From a candidate division FCPU426 bacterium (lineage in GTDB: Bacteria; Oederibacteriota; Muellerivitia; Muellerivitales; Muellerivitaceae), in NCBI GenBank assembly GCA_963719085.1, contig CAVRAL010000004.1, forward strand, positions 1,056,001 to 1,120,000: DNA of 64,000 nt, given 5' to 3'. A program made the position numbers and the translations under genes. How positions within the stretch are numbered: position 1 is the stretch's first letter; every line of letters starts with the position of its first letter. The notes under the pieces are model-generated. The model had not been told where the DNA came from. It ran no database searches and saw only the letters and a program-made list of their open reading frames with translations. Positions 1 to 8,947 of this stretch are shown piece by piece.

Positions 1-804
1 CTGGCGCTTCTAACGACGCTGGCCTGTTTTTATTTGGCCAGTTCGGGTCCCCTGGAATCATCCCTGATGGTTTTCACGCTTTTGGGCGCCACCGCGGTGG
101 CGGCCGGGAGCGCCTCCTTGAACCAATGGTTGGAAGTGGAACAAGACTCGAAGATGAATCGCACCCGGCACCGGCCTTTGCCCGCGGGACGCATGGGTGC
201 CTGGCAGGCGCTGGTGTTAGGCCTGTCGCTTTCGGCGCTGGGGGAAGGGTTTTTGTTTTGGCGGGTCAATGATTTGACCGGCTATTTAGGCCTGGCCGCC
301 CTGATCAGTTACGTGGCGGTCTACACGCCGTTAAAAAAAATAACTTCCCTCAGCACGCTGGTGGGGGCCGTGCCGGGGGCGCTGCCGCCTCTCATGGGGT
401 GGACCGCGGTTCGGGGCACGATTGGCGTGGAAGGTTGGGCGCTTTTCGCGGTTTTATTCCTTTGGCAGATGCCCCACTTTTTGGCCATCGGTTGGATTTA
501 CCGGGACGATTACGAAAAGGCCGGCTTTCCCATGCTGCCGGTTTTGGACCGGGAAGGACAAGCCACGGGGTGGATGGCCGTTATTTACAGCGCCGCGCTT
601 CTTCCGGTTTCCCTTTTGCCCGCCCTTTTTCATTTATCGGGATTGGTTTATTTTTGGACCGCGCTTGGGTTGAGTTTGGTTTTGATCGGCGCTAGTTTAA
701 ATCTGGCTTTGCGAAAAAGCCTGAAGTCCGCCCGGTGGCTTTTCTTGACTTCTTTGGTTTATCTAACGGTTTTGTTTATCGTCATGGTGGCGGATCGAAC
801 TTAA
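1..804 (+). CDS. ctaB: Heme o synthase (protoheme IX farnesyltransferase), 5'-truncated by the window edge
   Basis: Frame is open from base 1. UbiA-family motifs: NQWLEVEQDSKMNRTRHRPLPAG, YTPLKK, GAVPGALPPLMGW, WQMPHF, DYEKAGFPMLP. Confidence 0.95.
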   Translation: MALLTTLACFYLASSGPLESSLMVFTLLGATAVAAGSASLNQWLEVEQDSKMNRTRHRPLPAGRMGAWQALVLGLSLSALGEGFLFWRVNDLTGYLGLAALISYVAVYTPLKKITSLSTLVGAVPGALPPLMGWTAVRGTIGVEGWALFAVLFLWQMPHFLAIGWIYRDDYEKAGFPMLPVLDREGQATGWMAVIYSAALLPVSLLPALFHLSGLVYFWTALGLSLVLIGASLNLALRKSLKSARWLFLTSLVYLTVLFIVMVADRT

Positions 805-824
805 TCCATTTGGAAAGCGGGACA

Positions 825-1760
825 ATGCCGGCATTGCTGGAGGTCAACAACCTAAGCTACCAATACGGTGAACGCCGGGCGTTGGACGGGCTTTCTTTCG
901 CCGTGGAGCGGGGCGAAATATTTGGGTTTCTCGGCCCCAATGGCGGCGGAAAAACCACCACCTTCAAAATTCTTTCCACCCTTTTTTCGACCCAGCCCGG
1001 CCAGGTTAAAATTTTCGGTTTGGATTTGGCCCAAGACCGGCTCAAGATCCGGGAAAAAATGGGCGTGGTGTTCCAACTGCCGGCGCTGGACAAAAAGCTC
1101 AGCGTGCGGGAGAACCTTTGGCACCAAGGCCATCTTTACGGACTCTTCGGGCGCGAGTTGTCTTCCCGAATGGACCGGGATTTAGAACGGGTGGGGCTTT
1201 TGAACCGCGCCAAGGACAAGGTGGGAACCTTATCGGGCGGGCTTCAGCGCCGGGTGGAGCTGGCCAAGGCGCTCTTGAACGACCCTGAACTTTTAGTTTT
1301 GGATGAACCCTCCACCGGGCTTGATCCTTCCGCCCGCCGGGAATTTTGGGGCCATTTGGAAGCCTTGCGAAAAGACCGGGGCATGACGGTTCTCATCACC
1401 ACCCATTTTCTGGAGGAAGCGGACCGCTGCGACCGATTGCTCATCCTCAATCAAGGCCAAAAAGTGGCCTTGGGATCGCCCGAGGGATTGAAAGCTGAGC
1501 TCGGCGGGGAAGTCTTGCGGATTAAAGCCAAGCATCCCGAAAGCCTGGTTCCTCAAATTGAGGCGAAATTGAAAAGATCGCTGACGGTCGTGGAGGGGCT
1601 TTTGTGCGTGGAAGCCAAGGACGCCCACCTTTTAGTGGCCCCTTTGATGGAAAGTTTTCCCGACGAGATTTTATCCCTCACCTTGGGGCTTCCCACCCTA
1701 GAGGATGTTTTCATTCACAATACGGGCCGGCGGTTTCAAACCCTGAAGGAGGACGCGTGA
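825..1760 (+). CDS. ABC transporter ATP-binding subunit (DrrA/NodI-like)
   Basis: Walker A GPNGGGKTT, signature LSGG, Walker B LLVLDEP, H-loop ITTH. ATG at 825 chosen to avoid overlap with ctaB. Confidence 0.93.
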   Translation: MPALLEVNNLSYQYGERRALDGLSFAVERGEIFGFLGPNGGGKTTTFKILSTLFSTQPGQVKIFGLDLAQDRLKIREKMGVVFQLPALDKKLSVRENLWHQGHLYGLFGRELSSRMDRDLERVGLLNRAKDKVGTLSGGLQRRVELAKALLNDPELLVLDEPSTGLDPSARREFWGHLEALRKDRGMTVLITTHFLEEADRCDRLLILNQGQKVALGSPEGLKAELGGEVLRIKAKHPESLVPQIEAKLKRSLTVVEGLLCVEAKDAHLLVAPLMESFPDEILSLTLGLPTLEDVFIHNTGRRFQTLKEDA

Positions 1761-2500
1761 ACTATTGGCTGGCCGTCTTCACCCTTTGGAACCGTGAATT
1801 GGTCCGTTTTTACCGCCAGCCCAGCCGGGTGGTGGGGGCTTTGGGAACCGCGCTCCTTTTTTGGGGCGTGCTGGGAACGGGCATCGGCGGCGGAACTTAC
1901 CGGGCCTATTTTTTTCCAGGCACGCTGGTCATGAGCATGCTTTTCACCTGTATTTTCTCAAACGCCTCGGTCATTGAGGACCGTCAAGCCGGATTTCTTC
2001 AATCGGTGTTAGTGGCCCCGGTTTCACGCGGGGCGTTGGTCATGGGAAAAATCCTGGGCGGCGCGACGCTTGCTTTTTTCCAAGGCTTCGTGCTTTTGGC
2101 TTTGGCGGGTACGGTGGGCGCGACTTTTGAGCCCGCGGCTTTTGGCGGGCTGTTACTCTCATTATTTCTCACGGCTTTCGTTTTGACGGGGATGGGCTTT
2201 TGGCTGGCCTGGACGGTAGAATCGTCCCAAGGCTTTCACACCTTGATGAACTTGATTCTTTTGCCCCTTTGGATGGCTTCGGGGGCGGTTTTCCCGGCGA
2301 CCCAATCGCCTTGGCTTCAAGCTTTCATGAAGATCAATCCACTGACTTACGGAGTCGCGGGCATCCGAAGGGGGCTGTTCCCCCACGCGGATTTATCCCT
2401 GGTGCCGGGTCTTTTTGTTTCTTGGACGGTTCTTTTCATCTTGGGGGCGGCGCTTTATGGTTTTTCGGCCTGGGCTGTGGAAAAAAGCAAAATCAGATAG
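1757..2500 (+). CDS. ABC-2 type permease
   Basis: About six TM segments; EDRQAGFLQSVLVAPVSR and NPLTY motifs. GTG start overlaps the upstream stop (GTGA) with GGAGG upstream. Confidence 0.9.
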   Translation: MNYWLAVFTLWNRELVRFYRQPSRVVGALGTALLFWGVLGTGIGGGTYRAYFFPGTLVMSMLFTCIFSNASVIEDRQAGFLQSVLVAPVSRGALVMGKILGGATLAFFQGFVLLALAGTVGATFEPAAFGGLLLSLFLTAFVLTGMGFWLAWTVESSQGFHTLMNLILLPLWMASGAVFPATQSPWLQAFMKINPLTYGVAGIRRGLFPHADLSLVPGLFVSWTVLFILGAALYGFSAWAVEKSKIR

Positions 2501-2513
2501 GTAAGGAACAAAC

Positions 2514-3128
2514 GTGAAGTCAAAGAACGCCTTAAGTTGGAAAGAGTGGATCGCCTTAAGCGTGGCCCTGGTGGCTTTGGCGGCGCTGGGCTTCAAGATC
2601 GCCTTTCTTTCCGCGAAGCCCCCAGTCGACACTCTGGGCAAGGCTCCGGCTTTTAAGTTTGAGGATCGAAGCGGAGCGATGGTTTCAAACTCCGATTTAA
2701 ACGGAAAATTTTGGGTGGCTGATTTTATTTTTACCCGGTGCGCGGGTTCCTGCCCGGTTTTAGGGGAGCAAATGAAACGCCTGCAAAAAGACTGGAAGGG
2801 AAGCCCCAAACTTGATTTGGTGACCTTTACGGTGGATCCGGATTATGACACCGCGGCGGTCTTAAAAGAATATGCCGCCGACTTAGGCGCCGATCCCAAA
2901 CAATGGTTTTTCCTGACCGGGGCCAAGAAGGACCTGCTTCAAACGGCCGAAGAGGGCTTTAAATTAACCGCCATTGAGAACCCCGGCGCCGAGCCGGGGG
3001 CCTTGTTTATCCACAGTACCAAATTGGTTTTGGTGGGGCCTGACGGCACCATCTTGGGTTATTACGACGGCACAGACAACACCGAGTTCCAGAAATTGCG
3101 GGACGAGCTTAAATCTTTATTGCGCTAG
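2514..3128 (+). CDS. SCO1/SenC copper chaperone
   Basis: N-terminal TM, FTRCAGSCP (CxxxC), TVDPDYDT, conserved His in IHSTKLVLV. Confidence 0.93.
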   Translation: MKSKNALSWKEWIALSVALVALAALGFKIAFLSAKPPVDTLGKAPAFKFEDRSGAMVSNSDLNGKFWVADFIFTRCAGSCPVLGEQMKRLQKDWKGSPKLDLVTFTVDPDYDTAAVLKEYAADLGADPKQWFFLTGAKKDLLQTAEEGFKLTAIENPGAEPGALFIHSTKLVLVGPDGTILGYYDGTDNTEFQKLRDELKSLLR

Positions 3129-3137
3129 GAGCTAAAA

Positions 3138-3563
3138 ATGGACTATTCGATTTTTCCGGTCATCAACGCCAGCCTCAACGGGTTGAGCGCGGTTTTTTTA
3201 CTCGCGGGTTTTTGGTTCATTAAGCATGGCCAAAAGAATTTCCACCGGCTTTGCATGGTGACGGCCTTCACCATTTCGGTCGTGTTTCTCGCTTGCTACC
3301 TGACCTATCACTTTCACGCCGGGGTGGTTCATTTTGGAGGCCAGGGCTGGGTGAAGTATGTTTATTTTTTCATCCTCACCACCCACACGATTTTGGCCGG
3401 CATTGTTCCCGTCTTGGCCATCATCACCCTGACCCGCGCGCTCAAGGGCCAGTTTGAAAAGCACAAGAAAATCGCCCGGTTCACCTACCCCATCTGGCTT
3501 TATGTTTCCGTGACCGGAGTGGTTGTTTATTGGATGTTGTTCCATCTGTATCCCCCAGCCTAA
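3138..3563 (+). CDS. DUF420 (CtaM-like) membrane protein, oxidase assembly
   Basis: NASLN, HRLCM, FLACYLTYH, H-K-K-I-A-R and WLYVSVTGVVVY motifs; lies in the cta context. Confidence 0.9.
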   Translation: MDYSIFPVINASLNGLSAVFLLAGFWFIKHGQKNFHRLCMVTAFTISVVFLACYLTYHFHAGVVHFGGQGWVKYVYFFILTTHTILAGIVPVLAIITLTRALKGQFEKHKKIARFTYPIWLYVSVTGVVVYWMLFHLYPPA

Positions 3564-3576
3564 GGCAGGAGTAAGC

Positions 3577-4011
3577 ATGGCCAATCAAAACGAAGACCAA
3601 ATAAACCAAATCGTCCAACAAGCCAAAACCGTGGCGGTTTACGGCATGCAGGATGAGGCGCACGGCGACCGGGCGGCTTTTTTGATTCCCCAAATGCTTC
3701 AGCATCGGGGGCTCAAGCTTTATCCGGTGAACCCAAAAATCCAATCGTCCTTGGGGGAAAAGTCGTTGGCGTCGCTCCAAGACCTGCCCGTGAAAGTGGA
3801 TATCCTGGATGTTTTCCGCCGCAGTGACGCCATCCCGGAATTGGCCGATGAAATTTTGGCGCTGCCCGTTGAAAAAAGACCCAAGGTGATTTGGCTGCAG
3901 ACGGGGATCAGCCATCCAGCGGCCGAGGCGAAATTGGCCCAGGCCGGTTTTCAAGTCGTCTCGGACGCTTGCTTAGGCGTCTGGGCCGCCCGGGTCCGGG
4001 AAAAGGCCTAG
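3577..4011 (+). CDS. CoA-binding protein (YccU-like)
   Basis: YPVNP, VDILDVFRRSD, IWLQTGI; RBS AGGAG upstream. Confidence 0.9.
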   Translation: MANQNEDQINQIVQQAKTVAVYGMQDEAHGDRAAFLIPQMLQHRGLKLYPVNPKIQSSLGEKSLASLQDLPVKVDILDVFRRSDAIPELADEILALPVEKRPKVIWLQTGISHPAAEAKLAQAGFQVVSDACLGVWAARVREKA

Positions 4012-4140
4012 CGGGTTTAAGGACGGCTTTTCCCTTATAACGACGGGAAATCTTTTGTCCCGGAGGTTATTGCCGACAATTTCCGCCCAAAAGGACTATG
4101 GTAGGGAGACCAAAAAACGTCGAAGGGAAGTACGGACTTA

Positions 4141-4413
4141 ATGAATATCACGACCAAGGATTTAGGGAAGATTGTGGATTTGTCGCTGAAGCCGGATTGG
4201 GGCCCGGGAATCATCACCGAGATAAGCCCCCGCTTCGCCTTCATTATTTTTCAAAAGGCCGAAGGCGTTCAGCCCAAACGCTATTCCTTGGTGGATAACC
4301 CCCTGACGCTGGCGACCCAGCAAGACGAGCCCGAATTGGTTAAAAGAGCCCGCCGAAAAAACCGTAAGATCAAAGTGAAAAAGGCCGTGACGCCGGCGCC
4401 CCCCGTTCTTTAA
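4141..4413 (+). CDS. Small hypothetical protein, DUF3553-like
   Basis: KPDWGPGII motif and a basic C-terminal tail. Confidence 0.55.
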   Translation: MNITTKDLGKIVDLSLKPDWGPGIITEISPRFAFIIFQKAEGVQPKRYSLVDNPLTLATQQDEPELVKRARRKNRKIKVKKAVTPAPPVL

Positions 4414-4447
4414 TTCATTCTTTCCCTCTTCTTTTAAGGCTTTTTTT

Positions 4448-4481
4448 AAACAGTTTTCCGGTATATCGGAAAACTGTTTTT
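4448..4481. terminator. 13-bp perfect inverted repeat; terminator or operator
   Basis: AAACAGTTTTCCG-gtatat-CGGAAAACTGTTT, lying between the DUF3553-like gene and the serpin. Confidence 0.55.
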
Positions 4482-4618
4482 GATGGCCCTCGGCCATCTT
4501 TTTAATACCAGTGGTAAAATAATGGCAATGGCTAATCAATAGCCGTTGGCGGTATCGAGGAAAATCATTAAACGCGTCTATATAAAATTGATTTGAGCTA
4601 TTTGAATGGAGTTTGATT

Positions 4619-5896
4619 ATGAAACAGATATTCCGGTTATGGTTTGTTTACGGGTTTTGCGTCCTTTTTATTTTTACTGGTTGTAATCGGCTGAATATCC
4701 CCTTGTCCACCTCGGGGGGGGCGCCGGCCGCGGCGTCCGTCGAAACACCCCCGCAAGCGGATAATTCGTTATCCGCCAATCTTTATAATTTTTACCAGTC
4801 CCAATCCGGAAATATATTGTTTTCGCCCTTTAGTATCATCACGGCTTTGGCCATGGTCCAGGAAGGCGCGGGCGGTCAAACGGCGTCCCAAATGCAAAGC
4901 GTCTTGAATCTCAGCCCCGATCCAACCGTTCGGCAACCGGCTTTTCAACAACTCATCAGTGAAATTAACGCGCCGGGCAAGCATTACACCCTGAGCACGG
5001 CCAATAACTTGTGGATCCAGCAGGGGTTTACGGTTCTTCCGGCTTACCTTAATACAGTGGAAACCGATTATTTCGCTGGGGTCACGAATTTGGATTTTAT
5101 CGGCAATCCAAGCGGGTCATTGCAAACCATTAACGGGGCTGTTTCGATTGGGACGGACGGCTTTATCCCCAATCTTTTATCGCCGACTAATATTAACCCA
5201 GGGATAAAGTTGATTTTGACGAACGCGATTTATTTTAAAGGGACCTGGGATACTCAATTTCCGGTGACCGCCACCAACTCCCAGAATTTCAACCTCACTT
5301 CAACCGCCTCCGAAACGGTGAGCATGATGCATGAAACCCTAACGGGCATTGTCGGTAATTTTAATGGGGCGGCCAGTGTGGTGGCCATCCCTTATCAAGA
5401 TAAAGAAGCGTCGATGTTTGTTTTTCTTCCGCCCCCCGGTGGAATGGCCGCTTTGGAAAGCCAAATGACAGGGACCAACATTAATGCCTTTTTGAATTCT
5501 TATGGAAAAAACGGGTCCGGGGCGCTGGTCGTTAATACGCCCATTATTTTATCTTTGCCCAAGTTCACTTTTTCAACCAGCTATAACTTGACCCAGACAC
5601 TGCAGCAAATGGGAATGACCTTGGCTTTCTCCACGGGCGCTGATTTTTCCGGGATTGACGGGAATAAGGATCTCTTTATTTCCTATGTGGTTCATAAAGC
5701 TTATGTGAGTGTGGATGAAACTGGCACGACGGCGGCGGGAGCGACCGGCGTTGGACTCCAAATTATGGCAATCGGCTTGTCCGTCCCTCCAGTTACTTTC
5801 ACCGTTGACCGGCCCTTTATTTTTATGATCGTCGAAAACACCACGAATACCGTCTTGTTCATGGGACGAGTGAACGATCCTTTGGCGGCCAACTGA
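4619..5896 (+). CDS. Serpin (serine protease inhibitor), predicted lipoprotein
   Basis: Lipobox IFTG-C; NILFSPFSI, NAIYFKGTW, LPKF, hinge ETGTTAAGAT, FTVDRPFIFMI, LFMGRVNDP. Confidence 0.96.
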   Translation: MKQIFRLWFVYGFCVLFIFTGCNRLNIPLSTSGGAPAAASVETPPQADNSLSANLYNFYQSQSGNILFSPFSIITALAMVQEGAGGQTASQMQSVLNLSPDPTVRQPAFQQLISEINAPGKHYTLSTANNLWIQQGFTVLPAYLNTVETDYFAGVTNLDFIGNPSGSLQTINGAVSIGTDGFIPNLLSPTNINPGIKLILTNAIYFKGTWDTQFPVTATNSQNFNLTSTASETVSMMHETLTGIVGNFNGAASVVAIPYQDKEASMFVFLPPPGGMAALESQMTGTNINAFLNSYGKNGSGALVVNTPIILSLPKFTFSTSYNLTQTLQQMGMTLAFSTGADFSGIDGNKDLFISYVVHKAYVSVDETGTTAAGATGVGLQIMAIGLSVPPVTFTVDRPFIFMIVENTTNTVLFMGRVNDPLAAN

Positions 5897-5920
5897 CTGA
5901 GTTTGTTGAGCGTTTAATGG

Positions 5921-5954
5921 AAGCCCGTTTCCTGGATAGGGAACGGGCTTTTTT
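5921..5954 (+). terminator. Rho-independent terminator
   Basis: AAGCCCGTTTCC-tggata-GGGAACGGGCTT followed by a T tract. Confidence 0.85.
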
Positions 5955-6038
5955 GTTGAGGATTTCGATTCACCTTGAAATCATCCCGGACTCCCCCTAC
6001 CGTAGGTTCGGCCGCCCGCATATCCCGCAAAGGTTTTC

Positions 6039-6794
6039 ATGAAAAAAACGCTTGGATCACTTCTTTTTTTCTTATTTCTAACCCCGGCATGGGTTGGAGC
6101 GGCTTCTTCTTGGCCCTCGCCGATCGGGTACGTCAGCGATTTCGCCAAAGTCATTCCCCAATATCAAATTCAGCAAATTGACAGCCTTTTGCAAGAATTG
6201 GAGCAAAAAACCGGGGCGCAGGTGGCGGTCGTTACGATCCCCTCCCTTAAAGGAACGGACATCGATTCCTCGGCGGTCGAACTTTTTAAGCAATGGGGAA
6301 TCGGCCAAAAGAAAAAAGATAATGGGGTGCTGTTTTTGGCCGCCATTGACGATCATAAGATCCGCATTGAGGTGGGTTATGGGTTGGAGCCGATCATTCC
6401 GGACGGCGAAGCCGGCAGTATCATCCGCCAATACATGGCGCCCCAATTTAAAGAAGGTGATTACGGAAGCGGTTTTCTGGTGGGGACCGTCGCCGTGGCT
6501 CAAATGATCGCCCAAGACGCGGGGGTGACTTTAACCGGTCAGGCCATGGACTTGCCCCTTTCCAGCGAGGACAGCCCCGCCGGTCGTTTTCCTTTCTGGG
6601 GATTCATCATGATCGTCCTCATGATTTGGGTGGCCATGTCCTTGGCCGGGCGGGGCCGCCGGGGCTACTGGGGCGGGGGTTATTGGGGGGGCGGCGGTTT
6701 TGGCGGCGGATGGAGCGGCGGCGGGGGTGGTGGGGGTTTTGGTGGGTTTAGCGGCGGCGGATCGGGCGGCGGCGGCGCCAGCGGCGGTTGGTAA
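6039..6794 (+). CDS. TPM domain (YgcG/TLP18.3 family) protein
   Basis: Signal peptide, WGIGQKKKDNGVL, RIEVGYGLE, one TM, Gly-rich tail ending GGGGASGGW. Confidence 0.93.
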   Translation: MKKTLGSLLFFLFLTPAWVGAASSWPSPIGYVSDFAKVIPQYQIQQIDSLLQELEQKTGAQVAVVTIPSLKGTDIDSSAVELFKQWGIGQKKKDNGVLFLAAIDDHKIRIEVGYGLEPIIPDGEAGSIIRQYMAPQFKEGDYGSGFLVGTVAVAQMIAQDAGVTLTGQAMDLPLSSEDSPAGRFPFWGFIMIVLMIWVAMSLAGRGRRGYWGGGYWGGGGFGGGWSGGGGGGGFGGFSGGGSGGGGASGGW

Positions 6795-6812
6795 TCTTGT
6801 CAGGAGAGTGGC

Positions 6813-7514
6813 ATGGCGAAATGGACGGCGGAACAATTCACAGATGAACTGAAGGGCCTCTTGGGGGAAAATCTCCTCAGCGCGGCGCTTTATGGTTCCC
6901 GAGCGGCGGGGGATCATCTGGAAGACTATTCGGATACCAACCTGATGGCCTTAGTAAAACAACTGGAAGTGCCGGAGCTTTTAAAAATTTCCAAAGCCGT
7001 GGCTGTGTGGTTGAAGCAAGGCAATCCGCCGCCCCTTCTATTGACCTCGGATCACTTGCGCAAATACGCGGAGGTTTTCCCGATCGAAATTTCCGACATC
7101 CAAGAAAACCATCGCGTGCTTTATGGCCAGGATCCTTTCGTTGGACTCGTCTTGACCCGGGGCGCGCTTAAACAAGAGCTGGAGCATGAACTGCAGGGGA
7201 AACTTCTCCAGCTAAAGACCCGTTTTATGCTGACCCAGGGCAAGGAAAAAGCTATTCGACGTTTGATGACGGAATCGCTTTCGAGTTTTCAGGTGCTTTT
7301 GAAAAACGCCCTTTGGCTTTACGGCGAAAAGCCTCCCGTTAAAAAAATGGAGGCGCTTCAAAAACTAGGCCAGCGGTTCGGTCTGAAAACGGCTGTTTTT
7401 CGGACGGTGGAGCTTTTGAAAAAAGGCGAAAAAATCCCGAATCTTCCCTTAGGACAAGTTTTCGAGGATTATCTAAAAAGCTTGGAAGATTTTACGGACA
7501 AGATCGTCGGCTGA
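6813..7514 (+). CDS. Nucleotidyltransferase-fold protein associated with LemA/TPM clusters
   Basis: LYGSRAAGD...SDTNL (Pol-beta GS/DxD-like, with the second Asp as Asn); FPIEISDI...VLYGQDP. Confidence 0.7.
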   Translation: MAKWTAEQFTDELKGLLGENLLSAALYGSRAAGDHLEDYSDTNLMALVKQLEVPELLKISKAVAVWLKQGNPPPLLLTSDHLRKYAEVFPIEISDIQENHRVLYGQDPFVGLVLTRGALKQELEHELQGKLLQLKTRFMLTQGKEKAIRRLMTESLSSFQVLLKNALWLYGEKPPVKKMEALQKLGQRFGLKTAVFRTVELLKKGEKIPNLPLGQVFEDYLKSLEDFTDKIVG

Positions 7515-7524
7515 GGAGAAACGA

Positions 7525-8079
7525 TTGTTGACGCGGAACGCGGGAAAAACGCTTTGCTTCTTTCTGATCGGGATGGGACTGGCGGGGGCCGCGGGCCCGG
7601 TTTGGGCCGGGACAGGGAAGAAAACCCTGTGTCTTATCTCTTCGTCCTTTGCCGACGGGGGAAAACTTCCCGCGAAATATACTTGTGACGGCGGCGGGAT
7701 CTCGCCGGAATTGCGCTGGAAAAACCTGCCGCGCAAAACAAAAAGCCTGGCCTTGATTGCGGAAGACCCGGACGCCGCTTACTCCACCTGGACCCACTGG
7801 GTGGTCTACAACATCCCCCCCAATGTGCTGGAATTTTTGGAGAATTTCCCCAAGGACCCCCAATTGCCCAACGGCATTACCCAGGGGATGAGCGATTTTA
7901 AGACCCTGGGCTACGGCGCCCCTTGTCCTCCGAACGGAAAGCACCGATATTTCTTCAGAATTTACGCGCTCAATAGCTTGTTAGCCTTACCCTCGGGCGC
8001 GACCGCGGAGCAGTTGAGGCAGGCGATGAGGGGTCATATCCTATCGACGGCGCAGATAATGGGAAAATACGGACAATAA
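7525..8079 (+). CDS. YbhB/YbcL (PEBP / Raf kinase inhibitor-like) exported protein
   Basis: Signal-like N-terminus; SPELRW, EDPDA, WTHWVVYNIP, GYGAPCPP, HRYFF. Confidence 0.92.
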   Translation: MLTRNAGKTLCFFLIGMGLAGAAGPVWAGTGKKTLCLISSSFADGGKLPAKYTCDGGGISPELRWKNLPRKTKSLALIAEDPDAAYSTWTHWVVYNIPPNVLEFLENFPKDPQLPNGITQGMSDFKTLGYGAPCPPNGKHRYFFRIYALNSLLALPSGATAEQLRQAMRGHILSTAQIMGKYGQ

Positions 8080-8094
8080 TTTTAAGGAGAAAAA

Positions 8095-8661
8095 ATGGGG
8101 AATCTGAAATGGGTTTTGGGTTTGGGCGGGTTTTTACTGGTGATTTTTCTTATCGGAATGAGTTCCTACAATTCGTTGGTTTCTTCCAATGAGGCCGTGG
8201 AGGCCCAATGGAGCCAGGTGGAAAATGTGATGCAACGCCGTTTCGATCTCATCCCCAACCTGGTGGCCACCGTCAAGGGATACGCCAAGCACGAGAAGGA
8301 AGTTTTAGAGGAAGTAACCCGCTTGCGCAGCCAATGGGGGGCGGCCCAGACCCGGGATGAAAAGGTGCAAACATCCGACCAACTGGAAGGAAGCCTCAGC
8401 CACTTGATGGTGGTTTTAGAAAATTATCCCGACCTCAAGGCCAACGAGGGATTTTTAAAGCTTCAGGATGAGTTGGCGGGAACGGAAAACCGCGTCGCCG
8501 TGGAGCGGCAGCGCTACAATGAGGTTCTACAGGACTATAACGTGAGGACCCGAAGCTTTCCTTCGAATATTATGGCTTCCCTTTTTGGGTTCCAGCGCAA
8601 AGACGCTTATTTCAAGGCGGTCAGCGGAGCCGATCAGGCGCCCAAGGTCGACTTTAACTGA
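8095..8661 (+). CDS. lemA: LemA family protein
   Basis: QRRFDLIPNLVATVKGYAKHE, ENYPDLKAN, LQDELAGTENRVAVERQRYN. Confidence 0.96.
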   Translation: MGNLKWVLGLGGFLLVIFLIGMSSYNSLVSSNEAVEAQWSQVENVMQRRFDLIPNLVATVKGYAKHEKEVLEEVTRLRSQWGAAQTRDEKVQTSDQLEGSLSHLMVVLENYPDLKANEGFLKLQDELAGTENRVAVERQRYNEVLQDYNVRTRSFPSNIMASLFGFQRKDAYFKAVSGADQAPKVDFN

Positions 8662-8869
8662 TTTTTTTTGAGGGACGGCGCCGGCGCTTTTTCTTTTGGG
8701 AAGAGGCGGCTGTCTTAGGGGGAGCGGGTTCGGGCGCCGGCGGGGCCGCGGGATGCAGGGCGTTTTGAAATTCCCGCACTAGGTTGCCCAGCGTTCGGGC
8801 AATGACCGGGACCTTTTCAGGGCCAAAGATCAGAAGCACCGCCGCGCCGATAAATAAGATTTTCTCCAA
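8654..8869 (-). CDS. TatA/TatB-family twin-arginine translocase subunit
   Basis: Short TM, then FGPEKVP hinge and an amphipathic helix (IARTLGNLVREFQNAL); GGAGG upstream of the TTG start. Confidence 0.7.
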   Translation of the reverse strand: MEKILFIGAAVLLIFGPEKVPVIARTLGNLVREFQNALHPAAPPAPEPAPPKTAASSQKKKRRRRPSKKIS

Positions 8870-8947
8870 GGCTTTTCCTCCGGTGGACGCGCCCCTGTTA
8901 TAAGATGTTCCGAGGCCGAAATCAAATCATTCCAGGTGAGGCGCGTC

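Noticed and set aside
6660..6794. G-rich tract as a G-quadruplex or repeat element
   Set aside because: Explained by the Gly-rich tail typical of TPM-domain proteins.
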